Shown one piece after another: positions 9,244-19,618 of a stretch of DNA of 64,000 bases. The notes beneath the pieces were generated by a model. It made no database searches. It was not told where the DNA came from and was given only the letters and a program-made list of their open reading frames with translations. Position 1 is the stretch's first letter; each line of letters opens with the position of its first letter. The position numbers were made by a program, and so were the translations under genes. This stretch comes from Oscillospiraceae bacterium (GTDB lineage Bacteria > Bacillota > Clostridia > Oscillospirales > Ruminococcaceae): positions 5,858-69,857 of the forward strand of contig JAFQTW010000069.1 of NCBI GenBank assembly GCA_017408855.1, read 5' to 3'.

Positions 9244-10257
9244 TTACAGCAGATGCACGCCTCTTGCCTCGCAGGCGTCGATCATCTCGTCGGACCAGAT
9301 GGCTGCCTGCACCTCACCGATATGCACCTTGTTGAGCATCAGCATGCAGATACGGCTCTGACCGATACCGCCGCCCATGGTCAGGGGCAGTTTTCCCTCC
9401 AGCAGCATCTTGTGGAAGGGAAGTTCCCTTCGGTTTTCGCAGCCGGCTTTTTTCAGCTGCTCGTTCATGGCTTTTTCATCGACACGGATGCCCATGGAGG
9501 AAAGTTCCACCGCCCGGTTCAAAAGCGGGTACCAGACCAAGATATCGCCGTTTAAAGACCAGTCGTCGTAGTCGGGGGCACGTCCGTCGTGGGGCTTGCC
9601 GGAAGAAAGCTTGTCGCCGATCTGCATCAGAAATACCAGACCGTGCTCTTTGGCGATGGCATCCTCCCGCTGTTTGGCGGTCAGCTCCGGCCAGCGGTCC
9701 TCCAGCTCCTGGGTGGTCACAAAGGTCACGTTTTCGGGGATCACCCGGCTGAGGATGGGGTACTCGTGGCAGACCTTGTCCTGGGTCTTTTTCATGGCGC
9801 CAACGATGGCTTTGACCGTATCTTCGAGAAAGGCACGGTTGCGCAGGGCAGGGGTGATGACCTTTTCCCAGTCCCACTGGTCCACATAAATGGAGTGCAG
9901 ATTATCCAGATCCTCGTCACGGCGGATGGCGTTCATATCGGTGTACAAGCCGCCGCCGGGACCGAAGCCGTAGCGCTTTAAGGCAAGGCGTTTCCATTTG
10001 GCAAGGCTGTGGACCACCTGCACGTCGGCGTGCATTTCCAGCACGTCAAACTGTACAGGACGTTCCACACCGTTGAGGTCGTCGTTCAGACCCGACTCGG
10101 GGCGAACGAACAAAGGCGCCGAAACACGGATCAGCTTCAAAGCCTTCGCCAGCTCCCGTTCAAAGGTATCCTTGACCAGCTTGATGCCGATCTCGGTATT
10201 TAAAATATCCAGTTTCGAAGTGTAATGATCCGGCAGGATCAGTTTCTGTAAGGACAT
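9244..10257 (-). CDS. asnA: aspartate--ammonia ligase (asparagine synthetase A)
   Basis: 337 aa. Shows AsnA-type class II aaRS-like sequence throughout, beginning MSLQKLILPDHYTSKLDILNTEIGIKLVKDTFERELAKAL. Confidence 0.9.
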   Translation of the reverse strand: MSLQKLILPDHYTSKLDILNTEIGIKLVKDTFERELAKALKLIRVSAPLFVRPESGLNDDLNGVERPVQFDVLEMHADVQVVHSLAKWKRLALKRYGFGPGGGLYTDMNAIRRDEDLDNLHSIYVDQWDWEKVITPALRNRAFLEDTVKAIVGAMKKTQDKVCHEYPILSRVIPENVTFVTTQELEDRWPELTAKQREDAIAKEHGLVFLMQIGDKLSSGKPHDGRAPDYDDWSLNGDILVWYPLLNRAVELSSMGIRVDEKAMNEQLKKAGCENRRELPFHKMLLEGKLPLTMGGGIGQSRICMLMLNKVHIGEVQAAIWSDEMIDACEARGVHLL

Positions 10258-10303
10258 GGTCGGTTCCCTCCGGGGTTTTGCAATTTTTTAAACCACATCT
10301 TGC

Positions 10304-10332
10304 ATTTTGCCACGATTCAGGCGATTTGTCAA
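10304..10332 (-). promoter_or_regulatory. promoter for asnA
   Basis: On the minus strand: TTGACA, 17-nt spacer, TGgCAAAAT (extended -10). Confidence 0.4.
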
Positions 10333-10361
10333 GGTAAAGCGGCAGACACGGCGGCGCCCGC

Positions 10362-10400
10362 ATAAAAAAGAGCCCTCTTTTTTCTAAGAAGGCTCTTTTC
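10362..10400 (-). terminator. terminator downstream of the MFS transporter
   Basis: On the minus strand: AAAAGAGCC, loop, GGCTCTTTTTT. Confidence 0.45.
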
Positions 10401-10419
10401 TGTTTGGAAAAAGCGGCTG

Positions 10420-11714
10420 CTACTGTCCGGCGGCGGTGTTTTTGGATTTGGATTCCGCCTTGGAAAGAACGATCAGCACCGAGCAGCCGATGGATACGGC
10501 AATGGCAAAGAGGAAGGGCAAAAGCCGGTCCACGTCGCTCATAGCGCCCATGATGGTGCCGAAGGGAGAGGAGACCGCCAGCGCCAGAACGTGCAAAAGT
10601 CCGTAAACGCGGCTGCGCTCTTTTTTGTCGATGTAAAGGAACAGAAGCGATTCCTTGCGGGGGTAGATAAAGGCGTTGGCAATGGCCTCGAAGAAGATGT
10701 ACAGCACCACGCCCACCCAGGAGAAATTCTGGAACAGAATGGGGGAAGCGAAGGCCGCCACATACAGCAAAAGTCCCACCGAAAGGACCACCTTGTGGCT
10801 GCGCTCGTTGACATAGCTTTGGGCGGTGAACATAAACAGCAGACAAACCACGGCGCGGATCATGGGGATGTAGCCCAGACTCGCGGCGGGCAGTCCCAGC
10901 CGCTCGGTGGCAAAGTCGTAGAAAAAGGTGTTGATGATCACGTTGTTGATGTTAAGGGTCAGCACCAGCATCAGCAAAAGGCGGGTGACCGGCGTGGTAA
11001 AGATCAGCTTGAAAATGCGCCCGTAGTCGGCGAACATCTTGATAAAGGGAACGTCCCGGGTCTCTTCCATCCGCTGGATGCCCTGCTGGGTCTCTTTGGT
11101 TTTCAGGTACATCAGAATGGACTTGAGGCTCTGGGAGGCGGCGGCAAAGAAGTAAACGCCGTGCATGGCGTTTACTACGCCAAAGCGATTGACCAGCAAA
11201 ATGGCGATGGGGGTCAGAAAGGTCGCCGCCAGCTGCATCACCGACATACCCGAAAAGGCGATGGGGATCTTTTTGGGGTCGGTATCCTCGGTGGTGATGC
11301 CGCTCCAGGCGTTGGTGGCGATCTGCCATCCGCCGGCAAAGAACATGCTGGCAGCGAACCACCAGAAGTTTTTGGCCAGCGCCAACAGCAGCATGGAAAA
11401 GCCGGCAGAGAGAAGATCCGAGATCAGATAGATCCGGCGCCGTCCGTATTTGTCGATGATCACGCCGCCCACAAAAGAGCAGACGAACTGGGAGACCAGA
11501 CTGATGTCACCAGGGTGCCCAGCAAAAAGCCCAGATTTTCATTATTTAAACCGATGACCTCCTTGCGGTACTGCACCGCGTAGGCGGAATACAGCGCGCT
11601 GGTGATGGCCCAGAAGGGCTCGCACAGAACCACCCATTTGGCGTTTCCGTCCAGACTCATCAGCGAGCGGATGAACCGGTTTTTCTGCAAAAGTTTTGTC
11701 ACAGGGTTTGCCAT
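10420..11714 (-). pseudogene. MFS transporter interrupted by a 1-nt frameshift near 11508-11512
   Basis: The N-terminal 84 aa (11460-11714) and the C-terminal 350 aa (10420-11472) lie in adjacent frames. The downstream frame stays open through the junction and reads ...GDISLVSQFVCSFVGGVIIDKYGRRR, so one missing base in CTGGTGAC would restore a single ORF. Confidence 0.5.
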
Positions 11715-11991
11715 AAAACAGCCTCCTTGCGAAAAAATGGCAGGACGGCATAAAACGTCCTAACTCTATGATAGCCTATTTGGCGCGGTAAAGCAAGAAA
11801 ATATTTTCCGAAATCTGGGAAATTTCTGCCGAAAATCTTCCACTTTTTTTATCGGAATTACCGGACGGCCCTCGTTTTTTTGCGGTGGCCGGGGTGAGAA
11901 AATCCTCTTCTCTTTCGGGGGAGAATGTGCTACAATAAACTGTAAATCTGTAATTACCCGGCTTTGTCCGGAAGAATACCGAGGTGCTTTT

Positions 11992-13299
11992 ATGAAAATG
12001 AAACTGGCCCTTTTGGTGGGCAAGCTTTTGTATCTGGTGGGCAAGCCCCTGGGCAAATCCACCAACCTGCCCGGTGAGATCGCCTTAAAGATCTGCCCCG
12101 ACCTTTTGGGACGCATCCGCTTCGACGGCAAGGTGCTGGCGGTGACCGGCTCCAACGGCAAGACCTCTACCGCCAACATGATCGCTCATATCATCAAAAA
12201 ACAGGGACATTCCGTTGCCCACAACGCCAAAGGCTCCAACCTGACCGGCGGCGTTGCCACCACGCTGCTGGTAGCGGCAGACCTGTCCGGACGGGTCAGG
12301 GAGGATTTCGTCGTCCTCGAGGTGGACGAGCGCTTCTCCCGCCTGATCTTCAAAGATTTTTCGCCGGACATGATGCTCTGCACCAATCTGTTCCGCGATC
12401 AGCTGACCAGAAACGGCAACGTGGACGTGATCATCGAAAAGCTGCACGAAGCCATCAAGCCCTCGGTCAAGCTGATCTTAAACGCCAACGACCCCATCAG
12501 CGGCGATCTGGCGCCCAAAAACGAGCGGGTCTACTACGGACTGGAAAAAACCGGCCAGTCCAAAGAGGAATGTGTCAACATCACCCACGATGCCAAGGTC
12601 TGCCCCCGCTGCTTTGGACGGATGGGCTACGAGTGGCATCACTACAACCATATCGGACGTTTTTCCTGCCCCAAATGCGGCTATCATAACCCCGAGGTCA
12701 AGTACGATGCCCACGAGATCGACCTTTCCACCGGTGATTTCTCGGTGAACGGCTGCGAGGTACATACCGACTACAAGGACCTGTTCAACATCCTCAACAC
12801 CACCGCCGCCATCGCCGCCTGCTGCGAGCTGGGGCTGCCGCTGGAAAAATGCTGCGAAGCCGCCTCTTCCTTCGTGGTGCTCAAGCAGCGCTACGATGAA
12901 TTCAAGGTGGGCGACCGCAAAGCGGTGATGATCCTTTCCAAAAACCAGAACCCCGTTTCCTTCGACCAGTCCATCAGCCATGTGCTGGAGCGGGAGGGTG
13001 AAAAAACGGTGGTGGTTTTCGTCAACAATATCAACCATACCGGACACCGGGATACCACCTGGCTGTACGACATCGCCTTTGAACGGCTGGTGGGCAAGGT
13101 GGATGCCATCGTCGGCACCGGTCCCAGAGCCTACGATCTGGCGGTCCGCCTGCAGCTGGCGGGCTTTGCGCCGGACAAGATCCGCATCGAGCGCAATCTT
13201 TCCCAGCTCAAACCGGTGATCAACAAAACGAAAGGCGACATCTGCATCCTCACCGAGCTGTATGACGCCAAAGCCATTCTGGAGGTGATCAGCAAATGA
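11992..13299 (+). CDS. murT: lipid II isoglutaminyl synthase subunit MurT (Mur ligase family)
   Basis: VTGSNGKTSTANMIAHII P-loop. Cys4 ribbon CPRC...CPKC. C-terminal DUF1727-like domain. Followed by gatD. Confidence 0.85.
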   Translation: MKMKLALLVGKLLYLVGKPLGKSTNLPGEIALKICPDLLGRIRFDGKVLAVTGSNGKTSTANMIAHIIKKQGHSVAHNAKGSNLTGGVATTLLVAADLSGRVREDFVVLEVDERFSRLIFKDFSPDMMLCTNLFRDQLTRNGNVDVIIEKLHEAIKPSVKLILNANDPISGDLAPKNERVYYGLEKTGQSKEECVNITHDAKVCPRCFGRMGYEWHHYNHIGRFSCPKCGYHNPEVKYDAHEIDLSTGDFSVNGCEVHTDYKDLFNILNTTAAIAACCELGLPLEKCCEAASSFVVLKQRYDEFKVGDRKAVMILSKNQNPVSFDQSISHVLEREGEKTVVVFVNNINHTGHRDTTWLYDIAFERLVGKVDAIVGTGPRAYDLAVRLQLAGFAPDKIRIERNLSQLKPVINKTKGDICILTELYDAKAILEVISK

Positions 13300-14009
13300 G
13301 AAAGGTGAATATCCTCTGGATGTACGACGATCTGCTGGACCTGTACGGTGACTGGGGAAACCTTTTGGCCATCGAAAAGGGTCTGGATGCCATGGGCATC
13401 GAGCATGAGACCCACAAAAAGAGCATCGGCGATGCGGTGGACTTTGCCGCCTACGATCTGGTTTACATGGGTCCCGGCAAGGCGAGAAATCTGGAAAAAG
13501 CCGCCGAGGATCTGCTTTCCCGCAAGGAAGAAGTCCTTTCCGCCATCGAATCGGGCAAGCTGTTTCTGGTCACCGGCAACAGCCGCCTTGCCTTCGGAAG
13601 ATCCTTTGAGACCTATTCCGGCACTACCGCCGAGGGTCTGGGACTGTTCTCCTGCACCGGCACCGAGACCGGAAACGTTTTTATCTCCGACGTTTTAGCC
13701 GAGCTTGCCTTCGAAAAAGGCAGCGAGTCCTACGGCTTTATCAACCGTACAGCCCATCTTGAAGGGGACTGCGGCGAGCCTTTGTTCCTTGTGAAAAAAG
13801 GAGCCGGCGACGGCGAAGGCGAGTCCGCCGACAAAGAGGGCAGTCTGTACAAAAACTTCTTCGGCACCTGGCAGATGGGTCCGGTGCTGGTCAAAAACCC
13901 CTCCCTGCTCAAAGAGCTGCTGCGCCGCCTGGCGGGCGAGGACTACAAGGACTTCAGCTGTCAGGCACAGGAGCTGGCGCTGCGCCTTACCCTGGTCGAG
14001 ATGAAATAA
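13296..14009 (+). CDS. gatD: lipid II isoglutaminyl synthase glutaminase subunit GatD (CobQ-type amidotransferase)
   Basis: ATGA overlap with murT. 237 aa with the MYDDLLDLYGDWGNL start typical of GatD. Confidence 0.85.
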   Translation: MRKVNILWMYDDLLDLYGDWGNLLAIEKGLDAMGIEHETHKKSIGDAVDFAAYDLVYMGPGKARNLEKAAEDLLSRKEEVLSAIESGKLFLVTGNSRLAFGRSFETYSGTTAEGLGLFSCTGTETGNVFISDVLAELAFEKGSESYGFINRTAHLEGDCGEPLFLVKKGAGDGEGESADKEGSLYKNFFGTWQMGPVLVKNPSLLKELLRRLAGEDYKDFSCQAQELALRLTLVEMK

Positions 14010-14030
14010 CCCCCGAAAAGGAGGCTTTTT

Positions 14031-14867
14031 ATGGATCGCAGTACCTTATATGTGTCCGATCTGGACGGGACCCTTCTGCAGAACGATGCCACCCTTTCCC
14101 CCTACGCGAGAGAAGAGCTGAACCGCATGATGGACGAGGGGATGAACTTTACCCTTTCCAGCGCCCGGTCCACCGGTACCATCATCGATATTTTAAAGGG
14201 CCTCAAGCTGCGCCTTCCCTGCGCGCTGTTTAACGGGGTGCTCTACTACGATTATGCCGAAAGCCGCTTTGTCAGGATCATGGAGATCGAAAAAGAAGCG
14301 GCGGTCGCGGTGGCAAAGGTGATGGAAAAATTCGATCTGCACCACACCATGTACATCTTCAAGGATCCCATCCTCCACGCCTGCTACACCCAGCTCGATT
14401 CCGAGCGGGACCGCTCTTTCGTGGAGCATCGCAGCCATTCGCCCCACAAAAAGTGGATCCAGGTGGATTCCTTCGTAGCGCTTGCCGAAACCGAAAAGGC
14501 AGTGTTCTTTTCGATGCCCGGTCCCAAAGAAAAGATGGACGAGGTCTACGCCGAGATGGAAAAGATCCCCGGCATTTCCCTGACCTACTATCTGGACACC
14601 TACGAGCCGGTGTACTATCTGGAGATCCAGGCCGAGGGCGTGGACAAAAAGCTGTCCATCGAGATGCTGCGGGAGATGACCGGCTGCGAAAAAGTGGTCG
14701 CCTTCGGTGATAACCACAACGACCTTGCCATGGCACAGGCGGCGGACAAATTTGTCGCCGTCGCCAACGCCAAGCCCGAGGTGCTGTCTCAGGCGGACGA
14801 GGTGGTCCCCTCCAATGTAGAAGAAGGGGTCATCCAGTACCTGCAAAAAAGATACCCGAAGAAATAA
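14031..14867 (+). CDS. Cof-type HAD-IIB family hydrolase
   Basis: Motif I is DLDGTLL. C-terminal motif is GDNHNDLAM. Confidence 0.8.
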   Translation: MDRSTLYVSDLDGTLLQNDATLSPYAREELNRMMDEGMNFTLSSARSTGTIIDILKGLKLRLPCALFNGVLYYDYAESRFVRIMEIEKEAAVAVAKVMEKFDLHHTMYIFKDPILHACYTQLDSERDRSFVEHRSHSPHKKWIQVDSFVALAETEKAVFFSMPGPKEKMDEVYAEMEKIPGISLTYYLDTYEPVYYLEIQAEGVDKKLSIEMLREMTGCEKVVAFGDNHNDLAMAQAADKFVAVANAKPEVLSQADEVVPSNVEEGVIQYLQKRYPKK

Positions 14868-14881
14868 GAAATGCGAAGAAA

Positions 14882-14913
14882 GGGAGCATCCGCACAGCGG
14901 ATGCTCCCTTTTC
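14882..14913 (+). terminator. strong rho-independent terminator
   Basis: 12-bp stem GGGAGCATCCGC-aca-GCGGATGCTCCC followed by TTTT. Confidence 0.7.
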
Positions 14914-14914
14914 T

Positions 14915-15128
14915 GTTTGTCTGTTTGGCTCCCCCGTCACGCGGCAAGTTGCCGCTGCCCCGTCGCGGGCATAGACAATGGAAAGTCCGTCACGGTAACC
15001 CGCGTTTTTTGGTGCGTTATGTTGGCGCCCCTGCGCCCAGTGTCAAGACTTCTAAGGCAGGAGCGGTACGCGCATTGCGCCAGCTCGTTGGAGCGGAGAT
15101 GCTCCGCATAGCCTGCCCGGGCTCCGGG
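14915..15128. other. GC-rich intergenic block of short palindromes, unassigned
   Basis: Perfect palindromes at 14941-14955, 15024-15037, 15070-15080, 15093-15107 and 15115-15129. Three CCGTCRCGG-like motifs at 14934-14944, 14958-14969 and 14987-14995. Confidence 0.3.
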
Positions 15129-15458
15129 CTAAGTGTTGCGGTCGGTCTGACGCATCTTTTTGAGATTGCCGATCTTCAGGCTGCGCTCTTTCAAAATGGC
15201 AAAGATGTTTTCCAGCGGAATGTCCTGCTGCGCCATCAGCACCAGAAGATGATACAAAAGATCGCAGATCTCGTTTTCGGTATCGGTGTTCGCTCCGTTT
15301 TTGGCGGCGATGATCACCTCGGAACATTCCTCGCCGCATTTTTTCAGGATCTTGTCCAGCCCCTGCTGGAACAAATAACAGGTGTATGAACCCTCAGAAG
15401 GGGTTTCTTTGCGGGACAGTACCACCTCGTAAAGTTCTTTTAATACGTTGTCGTTCAT
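15129..15458 (-). CDS. hisE: phosphoribosyl-ATP pyrophosphatase
   Basis: 109 aa with a HisE-like sequence. Last gene of the his operon. Confidence 0.9.
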   Translation of the reverse strand: MNDNVLKELYEVVLSRKETPSEGSYTCYLFQQGLDKILKKCGEECSEVIIAAKNGANTDTENEICDLLYHLLVLMAQQDIPLENIFAILKERSLKIGNLKKMRQTDRNT

Positions 15459-15461
15459 GGG

Positions 15462-15794
15462 TTACTCCTTTCCTTCGTAGCCGGGGAAGGCCCGGTAAAA
15501 ACAGCTGTGCGCCCCGGTGTGACAGGCAGCGCCGGTCTGCTCCACCACCGCAAGGACGGTGTCCTCGTCGCAGTCGTAATACAGTTCCACGACCTTTTGC
15601 AGATGCCCCGAGGTGGCGCCTTTGTTCCAAAGCTCCTGCCGGGACCGGCTGTAAAACCAGGTGTAACCTGTCTTTAACGTCCTTTCGAGACTTTCCCGGT
15701 TCATGTATGCCAGCATCAGCACCTGACCGGTTCCTTTTTCCTGCACGATGGCAGGGATGAGTTCGCTCTTTTTAAAAAACTGATCCAGTTCCAT
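15462..15794 (-). CDS. hisI: phosphoribosyl-AMP cyclohydrolase
   Basis: 110 aa. Contains a HisI-like ...[20 protein letters not shown] motif. Confidence 0.9.
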   Translation of the reverse strand: MELDQFFKKSELIPAIVQEKGTGQVLMLAYMNRESLERTLKTGYTWFYSRSRQELWNKGATSGHLQKVVELYYDCDEDTVLAVVEQTGAACHTGAHSCFYRAFPGYEGKE

Positions 15795-15803
15795 ACGGTT
15801 CTC

Positions 15804-16562
15804 CTATCTTCTTACCGGAATACCCTCTGCCGCCAGATGGGCCTTTACCTGCCCGACGGTCAGCTCTTTGTAGTGGAAGAGACTGGCCGCCAGCGCCGCG
15901 TCCGCGCCGGTTTTTTGGAAGACGTCGGAAAAATCCGACAGCTTGCCGCATCCGCCCGAGGCGATGACCGGAATGCCCACCGAGCGGGTCACCGCATCGG
16001 TGAGGGAAAGATCAAAGCCGTTTTTGGTGCCGTCGGCATCCATGGAGGTGAGCAGGATCTCGCCGGCGCCTAATTTTTCGCACTGCTTTATCCATTCCAG
16101 CGCGTCCAGACCGGTGTCGATCCGTCCGCCGTTGACAAAGACCGACCAGCCGCCGTCGGGGCGCTGCTTGGCGTCTACCGCCACTACAACGCACTGGCTG
16201 CCGAACTTGTCCGCCGCCTGACGGATCAGCTCCGGGTTGCGGATGGCCGCCGAGTTGACCGATACCTTGTCCGCCCCCGCCCGCAGAATGTCACGGTAGT
16301 CCTCCACCGTGCGGATGCCGCCGCCAACGGTGAGGGGAACGAACACTTTTTTAGCGGTGCGGCGTACCACGTCGATCATGGTGCCGCGCCCTTCGTGGGT
16401 GGCGGTGATGTCCAGAAAGCAGATCTCGTCCGCTCCCTGCCGGTCGTATTCCATGGCACATTCCACCGGATCGCCCACTTCTTTGATGCCTACAAAATTA
16501 ACTCCCTTGACCACCATGCCGTCCCGGACGTCAAGGCAGGGGATGATGCGTTTGGCCAGCAT
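15804..16562 (-). CDS. hisF: imidazole glycerol phosphate synthase cyclase subunit
   Basis: [20 protein letters not shown]... I chose ATG 16562, which lies inside the longer track ORF. Confidence 0.9.
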   Translation of the reverse strand: MLAKRIIPCLDVRDGMVVKGVNFVGIKEVGDPVECAMEYDRQGADEICFLDITATHEGRGTMIDVVRRTAKKVFVPLTVGGGIRTVEDYRDILRAGADKVSVNSAAIRNPELIRQAADKFGSQCVVVAVDAKQRPDGGWSVFVNGGRIDTGLDALEWIKQCEKLGAGEILLTSMDADGTKNGFDLSLTDAVTRSVGIPVIASGGCGKLSDFSDVFQKTGADAALAASLFHYKELTVGQVKAHLAAEGIPVRR

Positions 16563-16573
16563 ATCGTTTCTCC

Positions 16574-17296
16574 TTATTCTGTGGTTTTCGCCCATTTTAG
16601 GGCTTTGGCAAGGTCGATGGCACCCTGATAGATGCTCTTGCCTAAGATCGCCCAGTCGATGCCGATGTCCTGCAACTGCTGTAAGTCCTCCAGGCTGCGG
16701 ATGCCGCCGGATGCCACGAGATCGCAGGATACCGCCTGCCGCAGCGCCTTCATCTGCTCGAAGTTGGGCCCGAGCATCATGCCGTCTTTGGCGATGTCGG
16801 TAAAGATGATGGTGGAAACGCCCAGATTTTCCATCTGCTTTGCCAAAGTCAGGTAGTCCACCGACGAGGTGGAAAGCCACCCTCTGGCAGCCACCTGCCC
16901 GTTTTTGGCGTCGATGCCAACGGCGATGCGCTGGCCGTATTGTTCCACCGCTTTTTTCACCAAAGGGGGATCTTCCAGCGCCGCCGAGCCTAAAATGACC
17001 CGGGAAACGCCGCCCTGCAGATAGGTGTCGATGGCATCCATGCTGCGGATGCCGCCGCCCACCTCTACTTTAAGGGAGGTGTTCTGCGCCACCTGCAAAA
17101 TCACCGGACGGTTGATCCCGTCGCCGGTTCTGGCGCCGTCCAGATCCACCATATGGATCCACCCGGCCCCGGCTTTTTGAAAGGAGCGGGCGGTGGACAG
17201 CGGGTCGTCGGCCACCTGATGGGCCGTGTCAAAATCGCCGCGGAAAAGCCGCACGCAGTTTCCGCCCAAAAGGTCGATGGCAGGAAGAAGTTTCAT
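16574..17296 (-). CDS. hisA: ProFAR isomerase
   Basis: [17 protein letters not shown]... Confidence 0.9.
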   Translation of the reverse strand: MKLLPAIDLLGGNCVRLFRGDFDTAHQVADDPLSTARSFQKAGAGWIHMVDLDGARTGDGINRPVILQVAQNTSLKVEVGGGIRSMDAIDTYLQGGVSRVILGSAALEDPPLVKKAVEQYGQRIAVGIDAKNGQVAARGWLSTSSVDYLTLAKQMENLGVSTIIFTDIAKDGMMLGPNFEQMKALRQAVSCDLVASGGIRSLEDLQQLQDIGIDWAILGKSIYQGAIDLAKALKWAKTTE

Positions 17297-17311
17297 AACA
17301 AGTCTCCGATC

Positions 17312-17917
17312 TTACCGGCACAGTCCGGCAAAGTTTTTTAAGATGGCAAGTCCCACGTCACCGCTTTTTTCGGGGTGGAACTGGGCGCCAAAGCAGCAGT
17401 TGCCGTCCCAGACCAACGCGGGGACCTTCTGCCCGTATTCGCACCACGCCACCAGGACCTCGTCTTTCGGCGCGGCGCAGAAGGAATGAACGAAATACAC
17501 ATAGGGGCTTTCGGGCAGATTTTCGGTCAGCGGACAGCTTTTTTCCGTGACCAGCCCGTTCCAGCCCATGTGGGGGACCTTCAGCCCCGGCGCTTCGATG
17601 GGGACCACCCGTCCGGGCAAAAGCCCCAGACCTTTGGTGAGGGTAAATTCCTCCCCCTCTTCAAACAGCACCTGCATCCCAAGGCAGATGCCCAAAAAGG
17701 GCTTTTCTTTGGCGCATCTCTGCAAAACAGGCACCAACCCCCGGGAAGAAAGCTTTTCCATGGCGTCGGGAAACGCCCCGACCCCCGGCAGAATGATCCC
17801 GTCGGCCTTTTCGATCTCGGCGGGATCAGCGGTAAAAACGTAGTCGATGCCAAGGCGTTCCAGCGCGTTTGCCACGCTGAAGAGGTTGCCCGCATCGTAA
17901 TCGATCACAGCGATCAT
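17312..17917 (-). CDS. hisH: imidazole glycerol phosphate synthase glutaminase subunit
   Basis: MIAVIDYDAGNLFSV..., GICLGMQ and FHPEKS motifs. Confidence 0.9.
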   Translation of the reverse strand: MIAVIDYDAGNLFSVANALERLGIDYVFTADPAEIEKADGIILPGVGAFPDAMEKLSSRGLVPVLQRCAKEKPFLGICLGMQVLFEEGEEFTLTKGLGLLPGRVVPIEAPGLKVPHMGWNGLVTEKSCPLTENLPESPYVYFVHSFCAAPKDEVLVAWCEYGQKVPALVWDGNCCFGAQFHPEKSGDVGLAILKNFAGLCR

Positions 17918-17936
17918 GTGTAGTCTCCTTTTCGGT

Positions 17937-18518
17937 TTATAAAACGCCCTTGGAAGAAAGGACCGCTCCGTCCCCGGTTGTTTGTACGGCGTTTTTCAGG
18001 CTGTGGGCAAAGGCTTTGAACAAAGCCTCGATCATGTGATGGTCGTTTTTGCCGTAGCGGACGGCAAGGTGCAGGGTCAGCCCCCCGTGAAACGCCAGAG
18101 CGCGGAAGAATTCCTCGGTCATGCATACGTCAAAGGCGCCGACTCTTTCGTTTACAAAGGGTGCGGAAAAAACGAGGAAGGGTCTGCCGCTTACATCCAC
18201 CACCGATTCCGCCAGCGCCTCGTCCATGGGGATGAGAGCGCTTCCGTACCGGCAGATGCCGCCCCGGTCGCCCAGCGCCTGTGCCAGCGCCTGCCCCAAA
18301 ACGATGCCCACATCCTCAACGGTGTGGTGGCAGTCCACATACAGGTCGCCCTCGGCCTTTACGGTCAGATCCATGCCCGAATGGACCGCCAGCGCGGTGA
18401 GCATATGGTCAAAAAAGCCGATGCGGGTCGAGATCTCCGCCTTGCCCTGTCCGTCCAGACAAAGGCTTACGGTGATGTCGGTCTCTTTGGTTTTTCGGGT
18501 GATGTTCGCGTTTCTCAT
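17937..18518 (-). CDS. hisB: imidazoleglycerol-phosphate dehydratase
   Basis: RKTKETDI and HHxxE motifs. 193 aa. Confidence 0.9.
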   Translation of the reverse strand: MRNANITRKTKETDITVSLCLDGQGKAEISTRIGFFDHMLTALAVHSGMDLTVKAEGDLYVDCHHTVEDVGIVLGQALAQALGDRGGICRYGSALIPMDEALAESVVDVSGRPFLVFSAPFVNERVGAFDVCMTEEFFRALAFHGGLTLHLAVRYGKNDHHMIEALFKAFAHSLKNAVQTTGDGAVLSSKGVL

Positions 18519-18520
18519 GG

Positions 18521-19615
18521 TCAGACCGCCCTTTCCAGCGCTTTTATCAGCGCGTTGTTTTCGGTGTCGTTTCCGGCGGTGATGCGAAGATAACCGCCCA
18601 TTTTTCGGATGATAATGCCCTCTTTTTTGAGGTTTTCAAAGATTTTTTCCGCTTTTTCGGTCTTTAAAAAGACGAAATTGGCGCCGGTGGGATAGATTTT
18701 CTGAATGTCCTCTTTGCCGGCGAGCAGATTTTTAAGGGATTCGTACAGCCTGTCCCGGCTTTGGCGGATGGCTTTTTGGGCGCCGTCGCAGAGTGTTTTT
18801 TCCGCCAGCAGGACCGCGCCGGCCCTTTGGGTCATGGCGTTTACGTTGTAGGGGGACTTGACCGCCGTCAAAGCGGTGGTCAAAATGGGTCCCGCCACCG
18901 CAAAGCCAAGGCGGATGCCCGCCAGACCCAGTGCCTTGGAGCAGGTCTTTAAAACGATCAGATTGTCAAAGGTTTCGGCAAGATCCATCACCGACTGATC
19001 CTCCGAAAACTCCATATACGCTTCGTCCACGATGACGAGGGTCTCAGGCAGCGCGGTAAGGATGCGGATGATCCCGTCCCGGTGCAAAAGCTGCCCGGTG
19101 GGGTTGCAGGGGTTGGAAAAGAGAAGGGCGTGTCCCCCCTCTTTTTTGCAGAAGGCGATGAGCGAGTCGGCGTCAACGGTCAGATCCTCGCCCTTTTGCC
19201 AGCCGCGGACGGCAAGCTCGTACAGATCGCCGTAAAAGCGGTACATGGAAAAGTCCGGCTCTGCCAGAACAAGGGTCTGCCCCTTTTCCATGAGGCATCC
19301 GCAGAGGATGGCCAAACTTTCGTCCGAGCCGTTAAAGGCGGTGACCAAAGCCGGGTCCACCCCGAACCGCTTTGCGAACGCCTGCCGCAGTTCGGCGCAG
19401 TAGGGATCGGGGTAGCGGTTAAAGGGGATGGCGGACACCGCCGCCGTTACCTTTTCCAAAGCGGCTGCCGCTTCTTTCTGCAGCGGGGCGGGAAAACTTT
19501 CGGGTCTTGCCAGATCGAAGGGGCTTTCGTTGGCGTCGAGCCGCACCGGATACGAGCCGGTGATGGGTTCGTAAGGGGTCAGCCCCCGAACCTTTTGACA
19601 AAGGGTGTATCCCAT
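18521..19615 (-). CDS. hisC: histidinol-phosphate aminotransferase
   Basis: 364 aa, class II aminotransferase-like, with a KTCSKALGLAGIRLG PLP-lysine region. Confidence 0.9.
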   Translation of the reverse strand: MGYTLCQKVRGLTPYEPITGSYPVRLDANESPFDLARPESFPAPLQKEAAAALEKVTAAVSAIPFNRYPDPYCAELRQAFAKRFGVDPALVTAFNGSDESLAILCGCLMEKGQTLVLAEPDFSMYRFYGDLYELAVRGWQKGEDLTVDADSLIAFCKKEGGHALLFSNPCNPTGQLLHRDGIIRILTALPETLVIVDEAYMEFSEDQSVMDLAETFDNLIVLKTCSKALGLAGIRLGFAVAGPILTTALTAVKSPYNVNAMTQRAGAVLLAEKTLCDGAQKAIRQSRDRLYESLKNLLAGKEDIQKIYPTGANFVFLKTEKAEKIFENLKKEGIIIRKMGGYLRITAGNDTENNALIKALERAV

Positions 19616-19618
19616 GGT

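Noticed and set aside
14871-15389. 172-aa plus-strand ORF starting in the HAD terminator and running antisense through hisE
   Set aside because: It begins inside a 12-bp terminator stem, is antisense to hisE, and gives an Arg/Pro-rich product. The region 14915-15128 is reported instead as a non-coding oddity.
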